64,000 nt of DNA from Owenia fusiformis (lineage: Eukaryota). Below are positions 1-13,400 of this stretch, piece after piece; position 1 is the stretch's first letter; each line of letters opens with the position of its first letter. Made by a program: the position numbers and the translations under genes. The stretch is taken from the NCBI GenBank assembly GCA_903813345.2, contig CAIIXF020000001.1, forward strand, positions 16,306,001-16,370,000. The letters run 5' to 3'. The notes beneath the pieces are model-generated. The model made no database searches. It worked only from the letters and a program-made list of their open reading frames with translations, and was not told the DNA's origin.

Positions 1-216
1 TGAAATCTACATGTAAAAATACATCCAAAATATGGTTTCGAAAATTGTTTATCAACTTTGAAAATTTAATATTTTTTGAAAATGTGACTTCTGGTTCGGG
101 TTGATTCCCACCACATTACAAAATCAATAAAAGTGAAATATCTTTTCTTGTATTGGACATATAACATTTTCTTTTACTGGACATACTTTAATTTGCATAA
201 CTATTCGATACATAAG

Positions 217-1203
217 CACGGGGTACCATCGAATAATTTTGGCAACGTACCGGAGAACGACATTTTCTAAGAAATGGCAATAATTTAGCACAATATATAT
301 TTTTAACTAGAGTTCTATTTTGATTTTGACAAAAGTAAGTATTCCATGCAATAACTATTTCATTCATGAGTTTGTAGGAATTCTGTTGGAACCCAGTTCT
401 GATCAAGTACGAAGTTATTGAAATCGGCGCAGACGGACTTTACTCCGAAAGATGGTTTTTCGATTGTAACTTTTCACAACATTTAAGTATAGACTTTTGA
501 AAAAAGTACAGAATAGTCCTTATACTTTTGAATAATTCTATTATTTCTGATTCACACGACTCTGATTTGTTTAATTAAAAAAAAGTTTTAAAAATATTAC
601 TTAGGAACGTAACCGGAGCTGGGAACGTAACCGGAGCAGATCAGTTGAATTATTTAATCAAAAAAATTAAAATATATGATTTAAAGCACATATACTAATT
701 TAAAAACATACGGGATTGTTCGAATGCGTATTTATTAATATGCTTTAAATCATATATTTTATTTTTTTAAATTATATAATTCAACTGATCTGCTCCGGTT
801 ACGTTCCAAGCTCCGGTTACGTTCCTAAGTAACTTTTTTTTAAATTAAACAAATCAGAGTCGTGTGAATCAGAAATAACAGAATTATTCAATAGTATAAG
901 GACTATTCTGTACTTTTTTTCAAAAGTCTATACTTAAATGTTGTAAAAAGTTATAATCGAAAAACCATCTTTCGGAGTAAAGTCCGACTGCGCCGATTTC
1001 AATAACTTCGTACTTGATCAGAACTGGGTTCCAACAGAATTCCTACAAACTCATGAATGAAATAGCCATTGCGTGGAATACTTACTTTTGTCAAAATCAA
1101 AGTAGAACTCTAGTTAAAAAATATATTGTGCTAAATTATTGCCATTTCTTAGTAAAATGTCGTTCTCCGGTACGTTGCCAAAATTATTCGATGGTACCCC
1201 GTG
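217..1203. mobile_element. Foldback MITE with ~475-bp inverted arms, CAC...GTG termini and 5-bp TSD (Transib/RAG-like non-autonomous element)
   Basis: Starts CACGGGGTACCATCGAATAATTTTGGCAACG at 217 and ends with its reverse complement at 1203; ATAAG on both sides (212-216, 1204-1208); the mirror ORFs 188-406(-) and 1014-1244(+) are products of the palindrome. Superfamily inferred from CAC termini and TSD length only. Confidence 0.85.
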
Positions 1204-1654
1204 ATAAGGGCTATATGAAAATTGAACCACTAAAACATATGTAATTTAGGTTAAAGGGAACTTTCTGCTATACCCGCCAGAATGCTATCTGACCCGAGCG
1301 AGCCACCTGGTGGTATAAACTGGGGGACTCGCATTTGCGTTATTGATTTACAATAGATTAACTGTGGGATTTTCAATCAAGAATTGTCTAGACTAGTAGC
1401 CACAAGCAAGAATAAATTCAATAAAACTTTCACCTGACGAATACTTCTAATAAATGTCAAAGTCTAAATACCGATCAAAACATCTTTATCCCAACGATAG
1501 GGATACAAAGAAGCCGTCTGTCTGTCCGTCTGGAGCATACTTAATTCAAATATCACGCAGATTACACACGGATAATTAATTGAACTATACTCCGGATGGA
1601 CAGACACCAGGGTTTGTTTAAAAAACAAACAGTCGGATGACCGGATACGTTCCT

Positions 1655-2035
1655 ACCACAGGGTTAGGAATTTGACTTTTTCATTTTATGACTAAAAACA
1701 CCCAACTGACCTCCAACTCAACGTACCAGTAATACAACCAATCAAGTAAACAACCAACCAACCAACCAACCAACCAACCAACCAACCAACTTATCTACCA
1801 ATAAACCAACCGCCAAAACAAACATCGATATTCTGTCAATCACTCGGGCAATATTTCAAGCAACTAACGTTGTAATGTACATCGTGCGTTAACTGACAGA
1901 TAAAAACGTCAATAACGTTTGATTGTGCGTCCGTAGAAATCATCATCGTAGAAAACAACAATCGTCGCTATCTTGTCAATCACGCAGACAATAAATCAAG
2001 CAATTAACGTCATCGTACGTGTAAACTGTGTAAAA
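1655..2035. repeat. Dispersed repeat with internal (CCAA)n microsatellite; inverted copy at ~6925-7325
   Basis: AGGGTTAGGAATTTGACTTTTTCATTTTATG... matches the reverse complement of ...GCATAAAATGAAAAAATCAAATTCCTAACCCT; (CCAA)n at ~1750-1790. Confidence 0.75.
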
Positions 2036-2153
2036 TGTTCTTGGCCTATGTGTTTGACAGGTTGAAGAACAAATATGCCCCTGGGATTAGTCTATCTGAA
2101 GTATATACCAATAATACAAAAAAATAGCAAGCATAAAAGAACAATTCGTAAAA

Positions 2154-3244
2154 ATGAGAAAAATGTTCTGTTTTAGAAATCTTTTGAGGATCGGTCTCCT
2201 TGTTGCAGTTTTCTTAATTTTGATGATCACCGTGTCAATTGTTTTGGAAAATGTTTCAATAAGAACAACAGGAACTTCGACAAAAGCAATGCTTTCAGCA
2301 GACGCATCGCTTAGAACAGCGACGGCAGATGATGATGATGATTTCGTGAAAAACTTTCTTTATATTGTGAATTCTAATCAATGCATACGCGACTATCTTT
2401 TACAAATGGACACGTTGGGAGATGCGGGAAATTTGGACGTGTTGGTATTGAGTTATAAATATCCATGTTAGACCATGTTAAGTACATATATGGTCCAAAT
2501 ACAACTTGGGGATCCGGAAGAAATCTTGCTTGGACATATGCTCAGAAACACCTTGGAAAATATTTGTATTACGTTTTCCTTGATGAAGATGTCATATTGA
2601 AACCGACACTTCCAAGATTTTTGCACCAAGATGCACTTACTAAACTGAAATCAAATACTTCCATACTGAGACAATTTGAAGATTTTTTGCTTGAAACACA
2701 ACCTGCTGTTTGTGCACCTCTTCGATCGGTGGATAACCCTTTGAGTATTTCCGACTTTGACGAGTGCTGCCCAGGAGAAGATGATCATGACAAACAATGG
2801 AATCTTCCCGAGCGAATTCCAATGATAAGATTCGATGAGTGTTTTGCAGCATTCCATAATAAAGCTATTGGGTATATAATGCCACTAGATGTACGATATG
2901 ACACAACAAGTTGGTGGGGAGCAGGACAGTACTTGCATATGAAATCCTATTATTATTTTCACCGTCAACTTGCACGGTATACAATCATGACCCTACATAA
3001 CCCCCAGCATTTAGATTATCCTCAAAAACTAATTCCATATGTCGATTTAATTAATATCATCAAATCCCAGGTTCCAAAGTCTTACAGAAATGCAACAATA
3101 TTTACGCAGGACATAGAAATTATGTCAGGTAAAGACTGGGGAAAACATATCTATATTAACCCATTGAAACCAACTTTTGAATTAGCTCCTAAAAATGATT
3201 CAATAGCTCCTTTTAAATATATTGACACCATTAGAAATTTCTAA
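2154..3244 (+). pseudogene. Type II membrane glycosyltransferase-like gene (GT-A, DxD) split by a frameshift near 2465
   Basis: ORF 2154-2471 has an N-terminal TM (IGLLVAVFLILMITVSIVL) and stem; overlapping ORF 2465-3244 has NTTWGSGRN...YLYYVFLDEDV; possible splice acceptor TTTGACAG ending at 2060; AATAAA-type signal not confirmed. Could be a pseudogene, a null allele or an assembly error. Confidence 0.65.
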
Positions 3245-5714
3245 AATCAATTTATTTTCTATAAAACGAATTGTTAAAAGTTAGAGCTAAACTATACCTT
3301 CGGGGTATATGTCAGGCTAAGTAATAGACTCGTGTGCACAATTTGTACGTGCATCAATTTCGTACAGAGCATAATGCCACATTAACAATGAACCACAAAC
3401 TGAAGTTTCTCGCTAATGGGCCCATGGGGGCTTATTTGTAAGAGGGGTTTGCAAAAAAGAAATTTCCCATCTTTTTAAAAGCCCATGGGCGCTCTTTTCG
3501 TGTTTCGAGTGTTTATAAAACATTAAGTTCTCTACCTGCTTGACAAAAGTAGATTAATATGAAAAATTGTGTTGCAAATGCCGCGGCAGAAAATTGCTAA
3601 CTTTTTCGGACTAAATAGCCGGCCGTACCAGTAGTTTTATTTATCATCTTCAATATATATTTCATAAATAAAAACTTACATACTGAACAATTGGCGAAGT
3701 TATATAGAAATGGTCAGCAATATACCAAAAGTGAATATATGTGTGACAGAAATGGCAAACATGGGCGTTCTTTTCGAGGACTTTCAAATAAACGCCCATG
3801 GGAAATAAACACACAGTGGTATTTTTGTAACACTAAGTCGCAGGGGGGGGGGGGGTCATTTAGACCCATTCGGTGATTTTTTATTTATTTTTGAATTTTT
3901 TATTACTAATTTCAATAATGTTGGGATTTAAATACCATTGGTTTTGTTATAAACCTCATTCAATTACCTCTTCAGTAAAGTATTGGTTTTCCAAAAGAGT
4001 AGGTCAACAATTGAGGTCAACGTGACATAGGGTCCGGGGTGTGCTTTTTTACATTTTAGGATTAATTGTTAATTTTCTTTAAAAATTAAATTTTTGGGTG
4101 CCAAAAATGCTATTTTTCTCAAAATAATGGTCCATTATCTTTCAAAAAATCAAAAATCGTGGTTATAACTCATGCACTTTCAAAGATGAATCATGAAAAG
4201 AAAACCCATTGAAATCGATTGAACTGATACACCCTATGCAGACAGAGCCTGTGGGAAATATTGGGTGCGGCGCAAATGAGCGGAGGGTGCGGAGCTAACG
4301 GTCATTTTTGAATTTAAAATTGGGATATTTCTGAAACTAAGCCGTTTTGGGACTTCAAATATACCAAGATATGTGTATTTGACACCAAATATCAATAAAA
4401 TTGTAAAAATAGTAGTGCAATTCATTTTATAGCGACGCAGTATGCCTTAAACAAGGTACGAGGTAACTCAATATTTTATTTTTATTGGCATCAGCTCCCA
4501 CCTATGTAACTTTGCCACTCCATCCCTTATCACCTTGATGTTTACCCAAAAAGTGGAATTCATCTTTGGCTCAAGTTAGAAAAATAACAGAGGCACAAAA
4601 AAACTTGCAAAAAGTACTGTTGAAAAATCGAGGGGGGTCCTGCAATGCAGGGTTAATCTGTAACGGTGATAAAAGCACTACTATAATACAACAACAATAA
4701 ATCATTATGTAATTTAGATTATAAATTTGGAATAGATATATTTTTACAATGAACAATCATAAAAAATACGCCAATAAACAATTAACAATACAATTAAATA
4801 TATATTCTATGTCTCTGTTTTACTGTACATTTAAGATGTAAAAAAAAAATTATTTGAAATAAAAATGTTCACAAATGACTTAATTTTGAGACTTGATACG
4901 CCGTTCTTCGAATGTGTATTTAGAAAGTAAGTTTCGGAGGAATGTTGAATCAAATCCGTGGATTATACTGCACTATTACTACAGGTATTTTGGCATGAAC
5001 ATGAATTTGCACACTGATTGTTGAGCAGTGGATCACACATGTTTCAACAATTAAGAATTGAGAAAAGGATTAGCAATTAGCAATCATTACATTACAAAGA
5101 CAAACGCATATAAATATTCCTCCAGATTATTGTTTTTAACAAGGGACAAAACCAGTACCAAAATCAATATATACTGCTTTCAAAAATTTTCATGGATTTT
5201 ATGTACAAGTGCTTGTGTACAAGCCTTTTATCGATACTGGTACATGTGCAGCTGTACAGTAGGCACAGTCAGACAGTTTAGGCAATAAATAAATGAGTAT
5301 TCGATTTTCCATCACCATTTCCAAACAATGGTGGTTTGAAAAAATTCTCACTAAGCAAATCCATGAGTAAATTATTTATTGCCCAAACTGTATACAGATA
5401 GTTGGTGTGACAATTTGCTAGCAAACATACATCAAATTACTCACATATTATTGAGTCATGTGCTCATTTGGTTGATCATGTGCTTAAATTCTGTTAATAC
5501 AAAAGACTTAAGCAACTGATAACAAGAAACCTTTTTTGCAGAGGTTTTTGCATCGTCACATTTTTACTAAATATTAATCATGTATCTATTGTAAAATATA
5601 GGATGGATATACTGTATTCTGATTGCCTGAAATGTGATAGAGCATGCTTGTTACTATCTCTCTATAAAGTACATTCCATGTAACATACACATTGCTCACC
5701 CAGCTACATCTAGC

Positions 5715-7821
5715 CTATGCATCATCTGAAAAAGTAACTTCTAATGTATTTGGTCCCCCATCTGATGACACAGCAGGATATGCCTGAGGGCCTCCTTCCC
5801 AGGGTGCATCTCCACAAAAATTCCCATTCACATAGAATTTCACTAACATTTCTTGAAAATTGATTTCAGCTTTAACCATGTCTCCTTGAGTGTATTTTCC
5901 AGCTGAGATTTCTAGGGGATGGATTAACCCTGCGCCTCCCATGCTTAGGAATTTTTGTCCAATCGGTTTGTCTCTCATGTATTCTGTTGTGTTGTTGTTG
6001 CTTAGGAACCCCACTGCAGTTTTCCTTGCTTTGTTCTTCATGAAGACCTCAAAATATTGAGTACCAGTTGTGAATGGATTGTCACAGTAAACTGTCCCCC
6101 TGCAAACATAAAATGTTTTTTTTTACTTCTCAGTGCTAATGAGATATTACATTATTATGATGACCTCTTTCAAGATACATGTAGGTAGGTCAGGGACGGG
6201 GAGGCGGGGGAGATTATGGCAAGGGTTGACATTGAGTTGAGAGACTTTTCCTTTAAGAGACCTTGGGATATACATGTACCTTAGCATCACAGCTGGGCTA
6301 AACCTAAAGCAATCAACCAAACACCACAGTTTTTTAATATTATAATTACAATTTGATAGATGTATGGTATTAAAGGCTGAATCAGATCTATTAGGGAGTG
6401 ACAAAATTGCAAGCAATATGTACATTTGACCTACCAATATGTTCCTTACAAGCTCAAATATACATGTAATATCAGGCCTGTCGACTTAACATACAAATGT
6501 TGAACACCTTTCTTCAAATTGTGGACACCTTGGTCTAAATCTGAACACTGTGGCCCACAGTTTGAACACCTTTGTTCAAACTTTATTGCAAAAATAAGAA
6601 ATCTAAAGACTCAGGGGTTTCATTAGCAGCTAGCAGGCAACAGGCGATTTTCACTGGTTGTTTTCATAAAAGCGGCTGTTGTTTTTAGGAACTTTTCAAC
6701 TTTTCCATGTTAAATTCATGATTTCCATTAATTTAGCCTGTTGTTTTCATTTATTTAGCTTGTTGTGAGGAATTTTAGTGAAACCCCTGAGACTACTTTA
6801 CATTCCTTGCAGGGTTACCAACTTTCAAAGTTGCACATTTGTAGACCACCCTTCAACATTTTTACGTTATCATTTTACCAAGAACCTGTAAGAGACTGAA
6901 TTTCGGAAGTCCTAGGTATGTAGTTATTTACACAGTTTACACGTATGATGACGTTAGTTGCTTGATTTATTGTCCGAGTGATTGACAGGATATTGATGAT
7001 TGTTTTCTATGATGACGATTTCTACTAGATATTAAACAAATCTGGAAGATTTACGTATGCGTAAATTGAAACATTATTTGCCGTTATTATGTTATTAATT
7101 AGTGTACAATGTACAATACAACGTTAGTTGCTTGATTTATTGCCTCACTGATTGACATTATATTAATTTTGTTTGTCGTTTTGCTGGTTGATTTATTGGT
7201 AAATAAATGTTGTTGCTTGTTTGGTTGTTTGCTTGATTGGTTGTGTCACTGGTACGTTGATTGGGATGTCAGTTGGGTGTTTTGAGGCATAAAATGAAAA
7301 AATCAAATTCCTAACCCTGGTAGGAAGGTAGGGTACCCAGCTACCTGGTCACCCGGTTTTTTACACAAACCCCCTCCCAAGGTTGGCCTATATTTGGAGA
7401 TCCCAGGCATACGTGTATTTCAAGACATACTCTAAGTATAACAATATGTCAACTCTTCTAATGGTGACATAAAAATCAATTTTTCCTTGGGACATAGAGA
7501 GTGGCCTCTGTAATTACTGAACACACCTGTCTAAAACCTAACCACATAGGCCATGCAAGGGAAAAGAAGTACATGTAGTAAGTAAAGTTTCTATATTGAG
7601 CTTACAACTACACTTTTCCCTTGGCCTATGGTATGTAATTACCTTGGGGCATCCTCACCAAAAACAATTTCTTGGAAATTATCTCTGCTTGAGCACTCTA
7701 CATTATCCAGACCACATACAAATCTGAATTTTGAAGCTATTGAGCTGGTAGTGGTTGAGCAGTACTTCGAGAAAATCAGAAAATGCAAAGTTCGTGTTAT
7801 AATTGTGCTCTTTTCAAGCAT
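5715..7821 (-). CDS. Small SPRY/B30.2-like beta-sandwich protein, 2 coding exons (~187 aa)
   Basis: Exon 1 7821-7643 (ATG...EDAP, AG|GTAATT) joins exon 2 6099-5715 (TTTGCAG|G) in frame: R-GTVYCDNPFTTGTQYFEV...AVGF...YTQGDMV...VKFYVNG...YPAVS, typical SPRY motifs. Confidence 0.75.
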
Positions 7822-8110
7822 TGACAGGCAGCACAGCAGTCAGTGAGTCAGTCAAAGACGAATTTCTCTTGTTTTCTCTCTCGTAACTAATCTGATTAGA
7901 CTCTGGTGAAAGCGAAGACGTCTAACTTATCTGTGCGAATTTACTTGTTTGCTACCCGTGAAGACCCGTTGTTTTAAACATATTTGTGGCGTGTCGAGTA
8001 GTGCCGTGTGCAAAGCATTAACTCCGGTCCTGCACTTCCGCACATTGTTGAAATTTTTTTTCAAAAAAACTCATTTCTTTTGTAGTAATACCCGTTTTCA
8101 CGGTAAGTAA
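7822..8110. promoter_or_regulatory. Probable bidirectional promoter and first non-coding exon of BZW
   Basis: CpG-richer stretch between divergent genes; ETS-like CACTTCCG at ~8033-8040; strong donor CG|GTAAGT at 8103/8104; further donors at ~8506 and ~8544. Confidence 0.5.
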
Positions 8111-8679
8111 GCTATTAAAATGAAATTTGATAAATGCGCATATGATTAAACACCTTGGATTACGAAATGTATTAAAATAAAGCTGCATTTTAATCTCAAA
8201 GCAAAATTATTGACTTTTGAAAAATGCGCAAGGCTCACGGAAGTCCAATTTTCGTCTTTTTCAATGAATCACAATCAGCTGTGTCATATTGTTTACTGAT
8301 TATATCAAGATTGATTCAGTTCCTGGAACATTAAGTTCGTTTATTTATTTCACAACATCAAAAGGGAGGAAGTGAAGCATTTTATCATCAGTCTTCAAAC
8401 ACTCAAAAGTGTTATCAAACAACAAGGGATATTTTTCATTATTCTTCGGGAAGAACTCATCTTCAAATTTTAACACACCTTTATCCAATGGTCATCAGAA
8501 ATTCAAGTAAGTGATCAAATTTTTAAGATTTTCCTCTTGGTCAGGTAAGGGGGAAAGAATTGGTGTTCCATCTCTTGTAAACGAGTTATAGTGGACTGTG
8601 TTGAACTTACGACATATGGGATTATTTTGTCGTGAGACTACTCAACTATGGGATAATTTAAATTTGAAATAATGAATCG

Positions 8680-9530
8680 ACTCATATGGCATATCACTTG
8701 ACATTATTCATATAAATCTGACTGTCGTATGATGTTATTTTTTTTTTTTTCTTATTTGGATTTTTATTTTTTCTTATTTTCTTGCATACGACGAGGGTCA
8801 TACACATTAGGCGCTTCTATATTGCGGGAAATGCTTTCCTGGCCTGTCTACCCAACAAAATTCACACAAATGATAAATTAATTTCTTTGCTTCAACTATA
8901 AAGTATTTAATCTTATGTTAGGCACATAAAACGCTTGGTAATTCGAGAAATATAAGCATGCCGCTTTTAAAATTTTTTCATTTTGCCATACCAAGGTCAC
9001 TTACGGGTTAATCTGAGTCTAGATGTAAAGCTATATCAAAACGAAATCACAAGTATATGTTACACAAAGATTCAGTTGAAAGGGAAGCAGTGGCGTTAAT
9101 AAGGGAAGTAACATGGAAGAGTTATTGTTTCAGAAATGAGAAAAGTGAGTAGTATGAGAGAACGGCTTTGGAATCGATCTCTGTGTAATAAATAATTAAT
9201 AATTATGATTCCGATTCGCTACATGTTTAACATTTAGACTCCCGGAAACAACATTTAGCAACATGGTGGGCGATAATGAAAATATTATTCAATTGTTTAA
9301 TTGTCTAAGATAAGATTTAACACTTTGATGTTATAGCTAAATGATTAATCTATAATTTGTGTGACTTTGGTTAGTATGGTTACCCAGACAGGCCAGGAAA
9401 GCGTTTCCCACAATTTGTTAGCAATTATATCTATGATAAAAATAAATTTCCAAATGTGGACAAGGAATATCAAAGAACAGCATACAACGGTCAGATTTTT
9501 ATGACTTCTTGATATAGGCATCGTATGATC
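8680..9530. mobile_element. Degenerate inverted-repeat MITE in BZW 5' intron
   Basis: GGGAAATGCTTTCCTGGCCTGTCT (~8826) versus AGACAGGCCAGGAAAGCGTTTCCC (~9386); AAATCTGACTGTCGTATG versus CATACAACGGTCAGATTT. Ends approximate. Confidence 0.55.
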
Positions 9531-9649
9531 ATAAACTTAATTGATACAAACACCTTAGATACAAACACAAATACATATTACAGATAGATTAAGTTAATCT
9601 GCAGTATATGTGTGGCCTCCTGTTAATTATAGAGTTTTTTACTCTAATT

Positions 9650-10130
9650 CCATTGTCAAGATATGATTTATCAACAACTCATTTGTAGTCCTCAATGTGT
9701 GCTACTTACTCTCCAAATTATTATTACGGAAAACACAATTACTCTGTAGTTACCAGTTTCACCTCCAGGTGGCTAATTCGAGGGGAATTAACATGGCAGG
9801 GTATTACAAAGTTTCCTTAAACTTGAATATTCATTAGTTTTAGTGGTTCACTTTTCATAAATCCTTATGTATCTGATAGTTACACAAATTAGAATTATCA
9901 TATTATGTCCAGTGAAAGAAAATATTATCTGTCCACTTCAAGAAAAGATATTTACTTTTTGTGATTTTACAACATGGGCATGGGGTCTATGAGGAATCAC
10001 CCCGACCTGGAAGTCACATTTTCAAAGAAAATTAATTTTTCAAAGTTGGTAAACTCATTTCAAAACCACATTTCTAAATGTAATTTTACATTTGGATTTT
10101 GAATTTTGAATTAGGTAAATCATGATTATT
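9650..10130. repeat. Dispersed repeat in BZW 5' intron; uninterrupted inverted copy of the repeat at 1-216 + 1209-1400
   Basis: 9990-10100 is the reverse complement of ~1-110, and 9750-9870 of ~1209-1325; it spans the foldback insertion site without the insertion. Confidence 0.75.
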
Positions 10131-10428
10131 TCTACTCGCATCTAGTCTATTTGGCCTAAATTTTCCTGATTTTGAATTATGAATTACCCCCACATTTATG
10201 GTTGTTTAAAATAGCATACAAGAGAATGAACAATCATTTGCAGGAATGTTTTTTTCCATATACTTGTACATAATGTTTGTATGTAATAATGCAGTGGTCC
10301 TTTTATTGTTTATTTTCTACATTAGTGGATAGACAGTTCAGCTTCACCATAGACTAAAAGGCTAGTGAGACCCAACATATTTTTCTTTACTTATTTTTAA
10401 TTTATTTAATTTTACAGAAGGTCATTGT

Positions 10429-13400
10429 ATGAGTCAGAAGGCAGAAAAACCAGTCCTACAAGGTCAACGGATAAAGACCAGAAAAAGGGGTGAGTTGCTA
10501 CATAATTGTAGTGTAATTTTCATACTGTACAATATATAACTTTTTTACCTTCTCATTCAATTTGTCTTGGCACTTAAAGAGACAACTAAAACTATATTCA
10601 GTACAAGTTGAGACTTTATGATGTCTATTTTTCTAAAAATTCAACAGTTCTAAATTTATTCCAGGATAATACTTTGATTTTTCAGATTTTCAGGGAAGAA
10701 TCTTGTGGATTTGGACATTGATGAATCAACATTTTCGATATCTTCATTTATAATTGATCTAATCTCAAATCTTGTTTCACAAAATATTATTAAGTTTATT
10801 TTGTTGTTTTGAAGACCTTGCCTCCTGTATTATTCTCATGAATTTGTTTTCATCTAAGTTAAATCATTTCTCATTTATTTCTGATAGATGAAAAAGAAAA
10901 GTTCAGTCCTGCTCAATTCCGTGACTCTGTTGTAAAAGGTTTAAACGACGCTGGCAAAGATCTTGATCAGGTAAGGTTGAAGAAATGCTTGCTGTCGCAG
11001 TGTTGCGACAGCGAATCAAATTGCGAGTGCTTATAGCAGGGGGGAAGGAGGTACGGATTCTGGACACCTACTTGGAGGAGGATATATTATAAATAAATTA
11101 GAATTGGTACATGTATGACCTCATATTATCTCTTTTCTGCTTTAAAAGCTTCCATTTATCATTTGACCAAACTAAGAATTCCTTTCATATCATTTGAAAT
11201 TCCACAGTGAATACTAAGCATAAAAATTAAGAATACACTTGCTTGGAGGGGCTGAGCTAAGGTTTTCAGACCAGCTGGTCAAAATGGCATCAAGGACCAG
11301 TTGCCATGTTATTTTCCTATACCTACTGAAAAAATCAACTGGTCTGTACCAAAAGTTACCTGGCAAATGACCAGTGGACATGCCCTTACCTCAAGCCCTG
11401 CTTGCTTGTATTTAAATGTTTAATGTTTGAAATAACATGCAAGATTTGTTCTCCATTTGTTTGACATTATCAATATCTTCTCCAGGTATCTAAGTTCCTT
11501 GATGGGGGCAAACTCGACTATAGGCGCTACTCAGAGACACTTTTTGACACACTTTTTGCTGGAGGTATCTTAGGTAAGAATTAAAAAAGCTCTAAATTTT
11601 AATTTTGAATTAAATGGGTATTATTGCATGCTGTATTGTATCTTATACTCAAATCAAAGTGATTTTGGAGGAGATCACAATCATCACAATCATGGCATGA
11701 TTTTGTTGTCTGCACAACATAGGTAAACCACATTGATTAGATTTTGGGCATGCTGGGATCATTGTTTTTACGATATTGTTCACTATTGGCTTTTTTCTTC
11801 AATCTCAACCTAACATCATTTATATTATATTGATGTCATTTACATGTAATTCTAAAGTGCATTTTCCTTTGAACAGCCCCTGGGGGTTTCTTGGTGGAAG
11901 ATGGAGCGGAGCGGGCGGAATGTTGCGTGTTCCAGTCGGAGGACAGTGTCAAGGCTCTCAAGTTATACAATGAGATGTTCTGCAAGCTGATCCGCAGATA
12001 CAAATACCTAGAAAAACCTCTTTGCGATGAGGTGAAAAAAGTAAGTTTTGAAAAAGCACATATATGGAAAACATTCATAAAATAAACATACCACTGAGCT
12101 TTTCTGTTTTTAGACTGAGAAGGTTATGAAAAAAGCTTTCGTTTTTAGCCGACATATTTATCGGATCAATATGGGTGCTTACTGATAGGGTTTACTGTAA
12201 ATACCCCTGTTAGATTGTATTATACCAGTTATTTTTGAAATACTTTTTTACATCTTGATTTTACCATAGAAAGAACAAAACTTTTAAAATTCATTTTTGT
12301 ATTACAGGTGCTCATGTTCCTGAAGGGATTTACTGAGGAGGAACGCAGCAAACTTGCAAAGATCACGGGGATATTTCTGGCAAATGGCTTCATCCCAGCC
12401 ACTGTGCTCAACAGCTTGTTAGAAGACCAACTAGTGAAACTAGGTAACAACATCCTTAAGTTGTTTCCATTCAGATTTCTGTATCAATTTCACCCAGGTT
12501 TTAGCCTGGATTAAATCCTTTCCATTTGGCTGTGAATCCTATCATTTCACCCAAGCTTCAATCTTTTCACCCAAGTTCTAATCCTTTCATATACAGAGGT
12601 TTACACTTTCAAAACTAATCTTTGTTTTCCACATATTTTATATCTGATAAACACATGTAGCATCACCATGTCCTTAATGGTGTTTCAATTAGAAGAAGCA
12701 GTTGTATTGATGTTTGTTTCATAAGAGAGATCGATGACATGCTATATTTACTTCAAGAGTGAACTCTAAGAGTACAAGTATTTTGTTGTGTTCATCAGTC
12801 ATTGTAATTTTCTACTATGTATATCATATCATCGTGAAGTTGGGTCAACTGAAACTTTGTGAATCAAGATGACAGTCAAATGTACACATTCTGTTCAAAA
12901 TTGATACTTAGAAATATAACCTTTTGTAATCTTATTTGATTTCTTGTAGTTAGTCCATGCTTCAAAATACATAATTTTTGACTTGTGTTTCAGGCTTGGC
13001 TCTTGACTTCACCACCATTATGTTCTCAACGTGGTTGGCGGAGAGGGATATAAACCACATCTACAGTACGCTAAAGAGGGCCAACATGGAGGGAAAACTG
13101 TTGGTGAGTGTTAAAATACATTCTCTATCTTTGTAATAAAGTACTGCCAGGTAACAAAACCCATTTAAATAAACTAGATGCATGTAGAAATGATGTTGAT
13201 TTTTCGTCATTACATGGCGGTTCAAAAAATAATCGGAAATATTTGTTGTCAATTGTATGCAGTACATTTATTGTTTTTTTGAATTGGGATATCATATTTG
13301 TAATATCAGAAAATATGACTTCTATGCTGGGTAGATATCCCATTTAACTCATGTCATAAAATCATGAAAACTGTAATATATTTTCTTGCATTGGACAGAT

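Noticed and set aside
188-1244. Two near-identical 72-76-aa ORFs on opposite strands
   Set aside because: Mirror products of the foldback arms with non-ATG starts.
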